Shown: positions 9,782-19,243 of the stretch, piece by piece
Numbering within the stretch: position 1 is the stretch's first letter
How the letters are laid out: every line of letters starts with the position of its first letter
Origin: an uncultured Ignavibacteriales bacterium
GTDB lineage: Bacteria; Bacteroidota; Ignavibacteria; T3Sed10-11
Reading direction: 5' to 3'
Length of the DNA stretch: 64,000 nt
NCBI GenBank assembly: GCA_964495085.1
Contig: CAZBUK010000011.1
Coordinates: 844-64,843 of the forward strand
Made by a program: the position numbers and the translations under genes
Notes under the pieces: generated by a model
The model's database searches: none
Told to the model about the DNA's origin: nothing
What the model saw: the letters and a program-made list of their open reading frames with translations, nothing else

Positions 9782-11605
9782 TTGTTAGATCTGATTACCT
9801 CACTGAACGTCAAAGAAAAGATCCTCTCTGTTCTCGGGGTTGTTTTATTAATCGGCGCCCTGATCTCCGGTTCACCTGTTATTATTATCGGAATTCTTTT
9901 TATCGCGATCGGCATCTGGGGCTATGTATATTTTTCAATCGCGAGCCGTTTGCAGACCTCGATAAAAACCAATAAAGGAGCGTCTGCGCGGAAAGATAGA
10001 GAACCCGTCGATGAAACGATATACGATTCAATCGATGATCTTGAAATAAACAAGGTACCCGGCAAGCCAGCCGAGGCAAATCTTTCCCAGCTTTTCTCTA
10101 TGGAGACCGACGAATATCCTTCCTCCGCGGAGCCCCGGACAGAATTCGATTTCCTGCTCGGTAAGGTACTTGCAGCGATAAAAGAAGCTCTCATCGCGCA
10201 TACCGTCGCCTTTTTCTGGACGAACTTCGAAAAAGGTCAGTTGATTTTTCAGGGGAGGGCAAGCGACAGTCACTATTTAAAATCGGTCAGAAAGCTTCCT
10301 CTCGACAGCGATATTGTGAGCCAGATCGCCCGGAACGGTAAACCGGAGGTTATCACCCATATTAATCCGGGCGCGGAGCGGGACATACTTCCTTATTATC
10401 AGGAGGTAGAGTTCGTCAAATCATTCATCGGCGTTCCCGTATTTTATCTCGGAACCGACGCCGACCGTCCGGTCGTGGGAGTCCTCGCTATCGACAGCAA
10501 GGCGGAGGATGCCTTCGGTTCGGAAACTTTGTCGCTGCTCGGTCAATTTACGAAATTGCTTGCGGCGCTTATTAAAAGCCATACCGAGAAATATGACCTG
10601 CTGGTCGACTCCGAATTATTATCTTCCATACGGAAGATGCAGGAATCGATGCGCGATCGCATGGAACTCCGTTCTATCATTAAGGTGTTAACTGACCAGG
10701 TAAAAAAACTGATCGGGTACGATTATTGTGCCGTGATAATGTTCAACGACGACCGGCACACGTGGGTCGTCTACCATGTCGATACTCCCCAGGGCGGAGG
10801 ATATATCCTACCGAATCAAACTGTCGATATGGGCGACAGCCTGGTCCAGAAAGTACTCCAGAGCAACACGCATATCATCGTCGACGACCTTTCAGCGGTT
10901 ACGATTCCCCGATATAATACCGAAGAGAAGATCGATTCGTCCGGGTCGATTCTTATCATGCCCGTCAGCTCAATGAATAAGTGCTACGGTACCGTGAGCG
11001 TCGAGCGCAGAGACAGGTCGGCTTATTCCAGACGGGACGTCGAGGTCTTGTACAGATTAACGGAGAACACCGCTGCAGCTCTCGAAATTCTGTATATGTC
11101 GGAGGTTATCGACAAGTATGTCATTATCGATGACACATCGGGTCTTTTAAGGAAGAATTATTTCGACATCAGGCTCGAAGAGGAGATTCGCCGTGCGGAC
11201 GATACGGGAGCCGATCTTACCTATGCGATGTTTTCAATCGATAATATCCAGGGATTCATCGATAAATTCGGCAAAGACGGTCTCGACACCGCCATCTTCT
11301 CTTTTGCGCAGTTTCTGAAACAGTCTGTCCGGCCGTACGACCTAGTCGGAAGGCTCGATTATAACCGATTCGGCGTCGTGCTCGTCCAAACGCCGGCAAA
11401 CGACGGGTACCTCTGGGCGGAAAAACTCAGAAAGAACTTCGCAGCCCAGGTTCTTTCGGTTAATACTAAATCCGTTTCGGTAGCAGTGAGCTCCGGGGTA
11501 TGCGGTCTCACGGATTCAATGCATTTTGCCGAATTGACGCAGCACACTGCGGCGGCGCTGCAGAAAGCAATCGATAGCGGCGGCAACATAGTGAGAGTAT
11601 ATTAA
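9782..11605 (+). CDS. Membrane-anchored tandem-GAF protein with a degenerate GGDEF domain (likely c-di-GMP binding, non-catalytic)
   Basis: TTG start (first start after the in-frame TAA at 9776-9778). N-terminal TM hairpin and two GAF-like regions. The C-terminal GGDEF fold aligns (DDTSGLLRKNYF..SIDNIQGFIDKFGKDGLD..) but the active site reads RLDYNRF instead of RYGG(D/E)EF. The I-site RxxD (RPYD) is preserved 5 residues upstream. Confidence 0.7.
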   Translation: MLDLITSLNVKEKILSVLGVVLLIGALISGSPVIIIGILFIAIGIWGYVYFSIASRLQTSIKTNKGASARKDREPVDETIYDSIDDLEINKVPGKPAEANLSQLFSMETDEYPSSAEPRTEFDFLLGKVLAAIKEALIAHTVAFFWTNFEKGQLIFQGRASDSHYLKSVRKLPLDSDIVSQIARNGKPEVITHINPGAERDILPYYQEVEFVKSFIGVPVFYLGTDADRPVVGVLAIDSKAEDAFGSETLSLLGQFTKLLAALIKSHTEKYDLLVDSELLSSIRKMQESMRDRMELRSIIKVLTDQVKKLIGYDYCAVIMFNDDRHTWVVYHVDTPQGGGYILPNQTVDMGDSLVQKVLQSNTHIIVDDLSAVTIPRYNTEEKIDSSGSILIMPVSSMNKCYGTVSVERRDRSAYSRRDVEVLYRLTENTAAALEILYMSEVIDKYVIIDDTSGLLRKNYFDIRLEEEIRRADDTGADLTYAMFSIDNIQGFIDKFGKDGLDTAIFSFAQFLKQSVRPYDLVGRLDYNRFGVVLVQTPANDGYLWAEKLRKNFAAQVLSVNTKSVSVAVSSGVCGLTDSMHFAELTQHTAAALQKAIDSGGNIVRVY

Positions 11606-11637
11606 TTCATTTATAATCTTAACGGGAAGATACAAGA

Positions 11638-11832
11638 ATGGCAAAAAGTACTTCGTTCGCCGATAAAGTGAACAAAATGAATAAAAAGTCCGTTACATGT
11701 CCGAAGTGCGGCTCCGATTATTCATACATCCAATCGATTACTTCGGAACGTTCCGAAAAAAGCGGATCGTACAAATTCAATCGACGCCAGGTGCGGGTCT
11801 GTAAATGTAACGAAAAAGAGATCTATAATTGA
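11638..11832 (+). CDS. Small Cys4 zinc-ribbon protein (hypothetical)
   Basis: 64 aa with CPKCG..CKCN. GGGAAG RBS-like sequence upstream. Stop overlaps the deoB TTG start (TTGA). Confidence 0.45.
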   Translation: MAKSTSFADKVNKMNKKSVTCPKCGSDYSYIQSITSERSEKSGSYKFNRRQVRVCKCNEKEIYN

Positions 11833-13022
11833 GGGAATCAAGACGATTCTTCCTCATCGTGATGGACGGGGTCGGCGCCGGAGAACTCCCGGATGCCGCG
11901 AAGTACGGGGATGAGGGTAGTTCGACTCTGACCAACATATCGACAGCAACGGGGGGATTACATCTTCCGAACCTCGGCAGATTCGGACTCGGTAACATCG
12001 TACCGATAACAGGCGTACCGCCGCAATCCAAACCCGCGGCGGCCTATGGAAAGTTGATCGAACGCAGCAAAGGGAAGGACAGCACGACCGGGCATTGGGA
12101 ATTGGCCGGTGTGATAACTGAGAAGCCGTTCGCGGTGTATCCCGACGGATTCCCGGAAGAAATCGTCTCCGGTTTTATTGAACTCACCGGCTGCGGCGGT
12201 GTGCTGGGAAATATTCCCGCATCCGGAACGGAAATAATAGAACGGTTGGGAACAGCTCATATTAAGACCGGATACCCGATCCTCTATACCTCAGCTGATC
12301 CGGTTTTTCAGCTCGCCGCCCATGAACAAATCGTCCCCCCCGAACGTCTATATAGGTGGTGCGAAATCGCTCGGAACGAGCTCATGATAGGAGAGCATAC
12401 GGTGAGCCGGGTCATCGCACGGCCGTTTATCGGTGAACCGGGCAACTTTAAAAGAACTGTAAACAGAAAAGATTTCTCCCTCGCTCCGCCGGTATTAACG
12501 ATCATCGATTATCTGGCGAATGCGGGGATCCCCACCGTAACAATCGGGAAGGTGGATAATCTTTTCGCAGGACGGGGAATTGCCAGGGTTATCCATACAA
12601 AAGGAAATGTCGAGGGGATCGAAAACATTATCAGGGAACTCGGTTCTCTTGAATCCGGACTTGTATTTACGAATTTAATAGATTTCGATCAGGAGTACGG
12701 CCACCGGAACGACATTGCCGGATTTGCCGCAGCGCTGGAAGAATTCGACCGGTCAATTCCGGACATTACTTCACTGGTGCGCCGAGACGACATTCTCATA
12801 ATTACAAGCGATCATGGTAACGATCCGACTACCCCGAGTACGGATCACTCGCGTGAATACGCCCCTCTTCTCGCATACAGGTCCGGGAGAGATGGCGGAG
12901 AAAATCTCGGGACGCGTGAGACTTTCGCAGATATCGCCCGGACCTGCGCAGACCATTTCGATCTTGGTCCTGATGTAAAAGGAAAACTTGCCGGGGAAAG
13001 TTTTTACCCCTCCCTCAGCTAA
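11829..13022 (+). CDS. deoB: Phosphopentomutase
   Basis: RRFFLIVMDGVGAGELPDA..(metalloenzyme N-term) and ..ITSDHGNDPT.. are characteristic of DeoB. TTG start, 4-nt overlap with the upstream small ORF. Confidence 0.88.
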   Translation: MRESRRFFLIVMDGVGAGELPDAAKYGDEGSSTLTNISTATGGLHLPNLGRFGLGNIVPITGVPPQSKPAAAYGKLIERSKGKDSTTGHWELAGVITEKPFAVYPDGFPEEIVSGFIELTGCGGVLGNIPASGTEIIERLGTAHIKTGYPILYTSADPVFQLAAHEQIVPPERLYRWCEIARNELMIGEHTVSRVIARPFIGEPGNFKRTVNRKDFSLAPPVLTIIDYLANAGIPTVTIGKVDNLFAGRGIARVIHTKGNVEGIENIIRELGSLESGLVFTNLIDFDQEYGHRNDIAGFAAALEEFDRSIPDITSLVRRDDILIITSDHGNDPTTPSTDHSREYAPLLAYRSGRDGGENLGTRETFADIARTCADHFDLGPDVKGKLAGESFYPSLS

Positions 13023-13332
13023 TCGGATAGACGGAAGGGTGTAGGTCCGGCTGGTTTTATGGATGTCCGTTTATATCGAATCTGCCGGTAACGCGCGATA
13101 CCGGAATAAAAGTGGAGAAAATGAAGGAATTTATCCGGGTTGAAGCTCGGATATGTATAATCCCGGGAACGATAACTTCCTGCGCACTTGGCCGTACATG
13201 AAAGACGTAGATATTCGTTATAATCCCGGGGTTTTCTGGAAACAGTCAGGGGAACATTTTGAAACTCCGCCCGCTGTATTCTTTGTTTTATCAACACGAG
13301 CGCCCATATCAGTTTAGTCGGAGAGGTGATGG

Positions 13333-14190
13333 ATGGTTAAAATAACCAAGCAATATACCAACAGGGAGAGCCAATCGCTCGAAAAGTATCTGCAGGAGAT
13401 CGGGAAGGTGGATCTACTGAATCCGGAGGAAGAGATCGATCTCGCACGCAGAATCAAGAAAGGCGATCAGTTCGCCCTGGAAAAGTTGACAAAAGCGAAT
13501 TTGCGGTTCGTGGTAAGCGTTGCGAAGCAGTATCAGAATCAAGGGCTTTCGCTCGGGGACCTGATCAACGAGGGAAATCTCGGACTTATCAAGGCGGCTA
13601 AGAGGTTTGATGAAACGCGTGGGTTTAAATTCATATCCTATGCGGTATGGTGGATCAGACAGTCTATTCTGCAGGCGCTAGCCGAACAATCGCGCATCGT
13701 CAAGTTGCCGCTGAACCGGGTCGGCGCGCTGAATAAAATAGGTAAAGCGTTTTCGGCGCTCGAACAGGAATACGAACGCGAGCCGAGCGCCAGCGAGCTT
13801 GCGGAAGAGCTGGACATGTCGCTTTTCGAAGTCGCCGATACGCTGAAGATATCGGGACGGCACCTGTCGATGGATGCGCCTTTCGCGCAGGGAGAAGACA
13901 ACCGTTTACTCGACGTTATCCACGACGACCGGCAGCCGTCTCCCGATAATACCCTTATGAAGGAATCCTTAAAACAGGAAGTACGGAGAGCGCTCTCGAC
14001 GCTTTCCGACCGTGAAGCGGAGATTATACGTCTCTATTTCGGTCTCGATCTCGAACATTCGCTCACGCTCGAGGAGATCGGCGAACGATTCAGTTTGACC
14101 CGCGAGCGGGTACGACAGATCAAGGAGAAAGCGCTCCGGAGGCTCCGGGACAAAACGAGAAGCAAGGCATTGAAAGCTTATCTGGGGTGA
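13333..14190 (+). CDS. rpoD: RNA polymerase primary sigma factor (short FCB-type sigma-70, lacking region 1.1)
   Basis: Regions 1.2-4.2 are present: [57 protein letters not shown] ~285-aa length is typical of Bacteroidetes/Chlorobi SigA. Confidence 0.85.
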   Translation: MVKITKQYTNRESQSLEKYLQEIGKVDLLNPEEEIDLARRIKKGDQFALEKLTKANLRFVVSVAKQYQNQGLSLGDLINEGNLGLIKAAKRFDETRGFKFISYAVWWIRQSILQALAEQSRIVKLPLNRVGALNKIGKAFSALEQEYEREPSASELAEELDMSLFEVADTLKISGRHLSMDAPFAQGEDNRLLDVIHDDRQPSPDNTLMKESLKQEVRRALSTLSDREAEIIRLYFGLDLEHSLTLEEIGERFSLTRERVRQIKEKALRRLRDKTRSKALKAYLG

Positions 14191-14236
14191 TTCATTCTTC
14201 CCATCGGTACGATTCCAATATCCCGGTAGATCGTTC

Positions 14237-14896
14237 ATGAATTACCGGGATTTTTATTATATTGTGGCAATGCGCTTCGTAATCATCATACTTATTTCGG
14301 GAATTGTGTTGCTTTCCGGATGCGGCTCCGGATCCCCCCGGTTTTCCAAGCCGGAACGGGAAGCGAGGGAAACGGACGAGACGCAGACCGGGATCCGTTT
14401 CGCGCGCCAATTGGAGCGGGCGGCGAAGGAAGAACGCGCTGAGGATGATGTCAAAGTGGACGTAGAGGCTGTCGAAAACCGGCTGACCTCGGCGCCGGTA
14501 CCGGGCTCGGTGGTTCTTCCGACTGCTCGGCAGACAACGATGCTTCGTGAAATTCTGAAACACATCGGAACTCCGTACCGGCTGGGGGGAACGACTGCGG
14601 AAGGGATTGATTGTTCCGCGTATATCGCTCTCGTCTATCGCAATGCACTGAAAATCGATTTGCCGCGGACCACACGCCATCAGTTCGGGATTGGACGATC
14701 GGTCGGACGCAACGATATGCAGTTCGGCGACCTCATATTCTTCAACACCACGGGATCCAATCCTTCGCATGTCGGTATTTATATAGGCGATAATTTATTC
14801 GCACATGCAAGTGTTTCTTACGGCGTCACCATATCCTCGCTCCAAAGCAGTTATTTCCAAAAACGTTTAACGGACATCAGACGAATTCTCGATTAA
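14237..14896 (+). CDS. NlpC/P60-family (C40) cell-wall peptidase lipoprotein
   Basis: Signal/lipobox (LLSGCGS). Catalytic Cys in GIDCSAYIALVY and His in SHVGIYIGDNLFAHAS. Confidence 0.8.
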   Translation: MNYRDFYYIVAMRFVIIILISGIVLLSGCGSGSPRFSKPEREARETDETQTGIRFARQLERAAKEERAEDDVKVDVEAVENRLTSAPVPGSVVLPTARQTTMLREILKHIGTPYRLGGTTAEGIDCSAYIALVYRNALKIDLPRTTRHQFGIGRSVGRNDMQFGDLIFFNTTGSNPSHVGIYIGDNLFAHASVSYGVTISSLQSSYFQKRLTDIRRILD

Positions 14897-14913
14897 ATAC
14901 GAGCAGGAACACA

Positions 14914-15462
14914 ATGACTCTATTACCTATCGTTTTGTTCGGCCATCCCGCACTGCGACAGCAGGCTGACGCCGTTCAGAGCGATGACGATCTCGGCACC
15001 TTAATAGACGATATGTTCGCAACCATGCGAAATGCTCACGGAATCGGACTCGCCGCGAACCAGGTGAGCATTCTGAAGCGGGTAATCGTAATCGATATAT
15101 CGGATCTTGAAGGATACGCAGATCTGCAGCCTCTCGCGCTGATCAATCCTGAAATTCTTCATCAGGAAGGGGAATTGGCGATGGAGGAGGGATGTCTCAG
15201 CATACCGACGGTTCGAGACGAAGTCGTCCGGAGCGAGAAGATAAGGATTCGATACCGCGATTCCGGATTCAACGGACATGAGCTCGATGCCGAAGGTGTT
15301 CTCGCCAGGGTAATTCTCCATGAAATCGACCACCTCAACGGGGTGCTCTTCCTCGATCATCTAACCCCGGGTCGGAGAAAATTCCATAAGGGCGCGCTGA
15401 CCGATATTAAAAAGGGAGAACTCGAAATTCCATACCCTGTTATCCGCGATCAATCAAAGTAA
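14914..15462 (+). CDS. def: Peptide deformylase
   Basis: GIGLAANQV, EGCLSIP and HEIDHLNG motifs. Confidence 0.92.
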   Translation: MTLLPIVLFGHPALRQQADAVQSDDDLGTLIDDMFATMRNAHGIGLAANQVSILKRVIVIDISDLEGYADLQPLALINPEILHQEGELAMEEGCLSIPTVRDEVVRSEKIRIRYRDSGFNGHELDAEGVLARVILHEIDHLNGVLFLDHLTPGRRKFHKGALTDIKKGELEIPYPVIRDQSK

Positions 15463-15468
15463 ACTTCC

Positions 15469-16422
15469 ATGCTCAGGATCGTCTTCTTCGGTACGCCGGA
15501 GTTTGCTCTACCCGGTCTGTCGAAGCTCTATGAAAGCGGCTATGAAATTGCGGCGGTCGTGACGGCTCCGGATAAGGAGCGCGGTCGCGGACTGCGTGTT
15601 CACCCGCCTCCCGTGAAACAATTCGCCCTCAAGAACGGCCTGCGCGTACTCCAACCGGAGAATTTACGCGATCCCTCTTTTGTCGGGGCGCTTGCCGGCA
15701 TCGATCCCGATATCATAGTCGTTATTGCCTACCGGATTCTCCCCCGTGAAATATTCACCATCCCGAAGCAAGGGGCTTTTAATTTGCATGCATCGCTCCT
15801 TCCCCGGTACAGAGGCGCAGCGCCGATCAACTGGGCGATCATCAACGGTGAAACCGAAACCGGTGTCACTACCTTCTTCATTGAGGAGAAGATCGACACG
15901 GGGAGGATTATCCTTCAGTCGAAGTGTCCGATCGGACCAGACGAAACCGCGGGTGAATTGCATGATAAACTCTCACTGCTCGGATCCGAAACCGTATTTC
16001 GAACGGTCGAAATGATCGAGCGTGGCGAGGTGACTCCTGCGGTTCAGGATGATTCCCAGGCAAGCAGGGCGCCTAAACTGACAAGAGATATCTGTGTGAT
16101 CGATTGGAGTAAACCCGCGGCCGCTGTTCACAATCTGATACGCGGCCTCTCTCCGGTCCCGGCGGCATTCTCCTACCTCGAAGGTCATATGATAAAATTT
16201 TATCGTTCGGAAGTAGGTTCACCGTCTACGGGCGGAAGTCCGGGTACGATTATCAGCGCCGACGACGAACTTATCGTGGCGGCAGGGGACGGCGCCCTGA
16301 GGATAACCGAACTGCAGCGTGAGGGGAAGAAACGACTCGACTTTGCGAAGTTTCTTCGCGGCTACGCGCTTTCAGTCGGCACCCGGTTCACCCCGGCTCC
16401 GGAAGAGGAGAGTTCGTCATGA
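15469..16422 (+). CDS. fmt: Methionyl-tRNA formyltransferase
   Basis: MLRIVFFGTPEFALP..NLHASLLPRYRGAAPINWAIINGE.. is canonical Fmt. Immediately downstream of def. Confidence 0.92.
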   Translation: MLRIVFFGTPEFALPGLSKLYESGYEIAAVVTAPDKERGRGLRVHPPPVKQFALKNGLRVLQPENLRDPSFVGALAGIDPDIIVVIAYRILPREIFTIPKQGAFNLHASLLPRYRGAAPINWAIINGETETGVTTFFIEEKIDTGRIILQSKCPIGPDETAGELHDKLSLLGSETVFRTVEMIERGEVTPAVQDDSQASRAPKLTRDICVIDWSKPAAAVHNLIRGLSPVPAAFSYLEGHMIKFYRSEVGSPSTGGSPGTIISADDELIVAAGDGALRITELQREGKKRLDFAKFLRGYALSVGTRFTPAPEEESSS

Positions 16423-16727
16423 TCCCGAAGTTGACGAGTGTCAGGAGGGACGGCGATGAAGCCCTGACGATCAAATGGAGCGACGGCTTGCCGAAGACCT
16501 TGACGCTGCGCGAACTCCGCGATTCCTGCCCCTGCGCCGGATGTAGGGGAGAAACGATCCTCTTTAGGTCGTATGTCCCTGAGCCTCAGCCGGAACTTCC
16601 CGATAGGTACGATCTGAAAGGTATTGAACAGGTAGGAACATACGCTCTTAAAATGATCTGGGGCGACGGCCACGACACCGGGATATTCTCGTTCGAGTAT
16701 CTTAGAAAACTCTCCGAGATGTCATAA
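16419..16727 (+). CDS. DUF971 (gamma-butyrobetaine hydroxylase-like N-terminal domain) protein
   Basis: LTIKWSDG..LRELRDSCPCAGC..YALKMIWGDGHDTGIFSFEYLRKL is the DUF971 pattern. ATGA overlap with fmt. Confidence 0.7.
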   Translation: MIPKLTSVRRDGDEALTIKWSDGLPKTLTLRELRDSCPCAGCRGETILFRSYVPEPQPELPDRYDLKGIEQVGTYALKMIWGDGHDTGIFSFEYLRKLSEMS

Positions 16728-16779
16728 TAGATCCCTTCTCATCTGTACAGTACACCGTTCACTGCTTCGTCCGGAGCTT

Positions 16780-17205
16780 TTATCTTCCGAGCGATTTCAC
16801 TCCATAATAGATGGTTATCAGGAGGAACAAGAACAGAAAGGTGTGGTATGCGTCAGGAAGGACGCCCCGCTTCGTGAGACGCGGAAGGATGGTAGAATGG
16901 CCTCCGAAGATCTTATGGTATCCCTCTCTGTACTCCTCGGGCGCACCTATAAGCCAGGGTATCCAGTGCGTTCGCATTTGTGATATTGTCCAGAGTACGG
17001 CGAGCAGGAGGAGCAGCAAGGCCCCCGCGGGGTAACCGGCAAAATGTATCGTTATTCCTGCCAGCCATGCGGCGAGGAGGATGATGTTGATTTTCATGGC
17101 AGGTGAAGTTGCGGAGGGGCGCCTGCCGAAGCCTTTGACGGTAAAGAATTCTCCCAGAATAAAAAGCAATACGACGATAGCGGCGCTCGCCAGGAGGGGA
17201 GTCAT
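16780..17205 (-). CDS. Hypothetical integral membrane protein (4 predicted TM helices)
   Basis: 141-aa hydrophobic ORF with coherent coding. 3 nt downstream of the preceding minus-strand gene. No recognisable family. Confidence 0.5.
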   Translation of the reverse strand: MTPLLASAAIVVLLFILGEFFTVKGFGRRPSATSPAMKINIILLAAWLAGITIHFAGYPAGALLLLLLAVLWTISQMRTHWIPWLIGAPEEYREGYHKIFGGHSTILPRLTKRGVLPDAYHTFLFLFLLITIYYGVKSLGR

Positions 17206-17207
17206 CG

Positions 17208-17891
17208 TTACAGTCTTCGCCGCCAGTTCTCCAGGGTACTCAACGCAACCCTGACGTCGTTCCCGATAACTTCACTCGGAATCGGATCGGGCGGATTGTT
17301 CGGACAGCAAGCCAGCGCCTGCATGGTGTTCAGCTCCCAATTGGCGGGACAGTTGTTGCACTTGATCGCGTTGCTAATGATCGTGAACCGCGTTGCATTG
17401 CAGGGTTCGCTGATGCTGATGGCAGTGACGAGTTTCCCTTTCGGGGAGATGTAAGCCAGGACGGGAATCGTCGCCGTGGCATGCTGATATTCGACGCGGA
17501 CGAGCTGATGCGTACGGACGTCGCTGAGTGAAAAAACGAGGAAACCGTTTTCGATTCTCGAGGGGATATCGACCATATCGACCGTGCGATCGGTGTAATC
17601 GATCCCGTCGCCGATGCTCGGCTGTGCGGCTATGATCCCATGCTCTTCGACGGTGAGAAAATTAATGAAGATGAACACGAGTATCGCCACGATCAGGGCG
17701 AACAGGCCGAGAATTAGCCGCTTTGCTTTCGGAACGGTAGCCGCCGCGCTCTGTCCGGTATGGGTAGAGGGGATGTTAACCGACTGCGTTTTCTCCGGAG
17801 CTACCGGAGTGCCGCACTCGTTGCAGAATCTGGAAGCCGCTTTTAATTCGTGACCGCAGTTCGTGCAAAATCGGGATGTCATAATGTTCAC
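17208..17891 (-). CDS. Zinc-ribbon / single-TM membrane protein with Cys-rich extracytoplasmic domain (DUF2318-like, tentative)
   Basis: N-terminal double CxxC (FCTNCGHE..FCNECGTP), one TM helix, then an extracytoplasmic region with CNATRF..KCNNCPANWE..ACCPNNPP. Confidence 0.5.
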   Translation of the reverse strand: MNIMTSRFCTNCGHELKAASRFCNECGTPVAPEKTQSVNIPSTHTGQSAAATVPKAKRLILGLFALIVAILVFIFINFLTVEEHGIIAAQPSIGDGIDYTDRTVDMVDIPSRIENGFLVFSLSDVRTHQLVRVEYQHATATIPVLAYISPKGKLVTAISISEPCNATRFTIISNAIKCNNCPANWELNTMQALACCPNNPPDPIPSEVIGNDVRVALSTLENWRRRL

Positions 17892-17996
17892 TTGTTGTTC
17901 TTCTAAGGGTCGATAACCGGAATTATTTTCAACCGGGTGTACTCGGACAAATTCTAATCGAGCGAGATTCGCTTCTGAAGCGATAGCCGGACGGCG

Positions 17997-18037
17997 GGAA
18001 AAATGAAAACAGGATTCCGGCTGCCGGAATCCTGTTT
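17997..18037 (-). terminator. Rho-independent terminator downstream of fbaB (minus strand)
   Basis: 13-bp perfect stem aacaggattccgg/ccggaatcctgtt with a 3-nt loop. On the minus strand it is followed by UUUUCAUUUUU. 18 nt past the fbaB stop. Confidence 0.7.
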
Positions 18038-18054
18038 ATCTTCTCTACCGGGAA

Positions 18055-19104
18055 TTACGCTACAGTTACTTCCTTCGCCAGATATACATCCTGAATCGTC
18101 TGAAGCAATTTCGCGCCCTCGTCCATCGGTCGCTGGAAAGCTTTACGTCCGGAGATAAGTCCCATGCCTCCGGCGCGTTTATTGATCACCGCGGTTTTCA
18201 CTGCCTCCGCGAAATCATTCTTGCCTGAAGGTCCGCCCGAATTGATCAATCCGGCCCGTCCCATATAACAATTTGCAACCTGATACCTGGTCAGCTCGAT
18301 CGGATGATCCGGAGCGAGTTCTTCGTAAATCTTTTTGTGCGTTTTACCGAACTTCAATGCGTTATAGCCGCCGTTATTTTCCGGCATTTTCTGCTTGATA
18401 ATATCGGCCTCGATCGTGACTCCGAGATGGTTCGCCTGTCCGGAGAGGTCGGCTGAAACATGATAGTCCTTATCGGCGGTTTTGAATGCAGAATTCCGCA
18501 GATAGCACCAGAGTACGGTGACCAAGCCGAGTTCATGTGCGCGCTCGAATGCCGCCGTCACTTCCTGAATCTGCCGTGTGGATTCTTCGGATCCGAAATA
18601 AATGGTTGCCCCGACGGCAGCCGCACCCATATCGAATGCCTGTTCGACGCTGCCGAACATGATCTGGTCGAACTTATTCGGGTAGGTTAATAATTCATTG
18701 TGATTGATTTTTACCAGGAATGGAATCTTGTGCGCATATTTTCTGGCAGTCATTCCCAGAACGCCGAGCGTCGATGCGACAGCGTTGCATCCCCCCTCCA
18801 TTGCCAGTCTCACGATGTTCTCCGGGTCGAAGTAAACCGGATTCGGCGCGAAGGAGGCTCCGGCCGAGTGCTCGATCCCCTGATCGACGGGAAGAATGGA
18901 TACATAACCGGTTCCGGCAAGCCGCCCGCTATTGAGAATCCAGTTGAGGTTGCGGAGTACATTGTTATTTCTGTCCGTCGCCGCGAATACGCGATCGACG
19001 AAATCCGGCCCCGGAAGAGAAAGCTGTTCTTTGGCTATGCCCTTACATGTATATTCTAAAAGATCTTTGGATTCGTTTCCCAGATATTCTTCAATTTTCA
19101 CCAT
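18055..19104 (-). CDS. fbaB: Class I fructose-bisphosphate aldolase (FbaB/DhnA type)
   Basis: Near-colinear with E. coli FbaB from memory ([80 protein letters not shown]). The ORF extends to 19176, but Met25 (MVKIEEYLG, preceded by aaggagag) gives the canonical 350-aa length. Confidence 0.85.
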   Translation of the reverse strand: MVKIEEYLGNESKDLLEYTCKGIAKEQLSLPGPDFVDRVFAATDRNNNVLRNLNWILNSGRLAGTGYVSILPVDQGIEHSAGASFAPNPVYFDPENIVRLAMEGGCNAVASTLGVLGMTARKYAHKIPFLVKINHNELLTYPNKFDQIMFGSVEQAFDMGAAAVGATIYFGSEESTRQIQEVTAAFERAHELGLVTVLWCYLRNSAFKTADKDYHVSADLSGQANHLGVTIEADIIKQKMPENNGGYNALKFGKTHKKIYEELAPDHPIELTRYQVANCYMGRAGLINSGGPSGKNDFAEAVKTAVINKRAGGMGLISGRKAFQRPMDEGAKLLQTIQDVYLAKEVTVA

Positions 19105-19243
19105 ATTCTTCTGCTCTCCTTGCTTCATTGAGTGATGTAGAATACTAAATGTAAGCATAAAATTTGAGTTATTCAATTCATTATCGTACTTTTAGAGAAT
19201 TACGCTCTATTAGACGGACAGATTCGGAAGCGGTGCGGACGTA

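Noticed and set aside
18055-19176. Longer fbaB ORF starting at 19176 (extra 24 N-terminal residues [24 protein letters not shown])
   Set aside because: Characterised FbaB proteins start at the equivalent of Met25. An AAGGAGAG Shine-Dalgarno precedes that ATG. The extension has no conservation.
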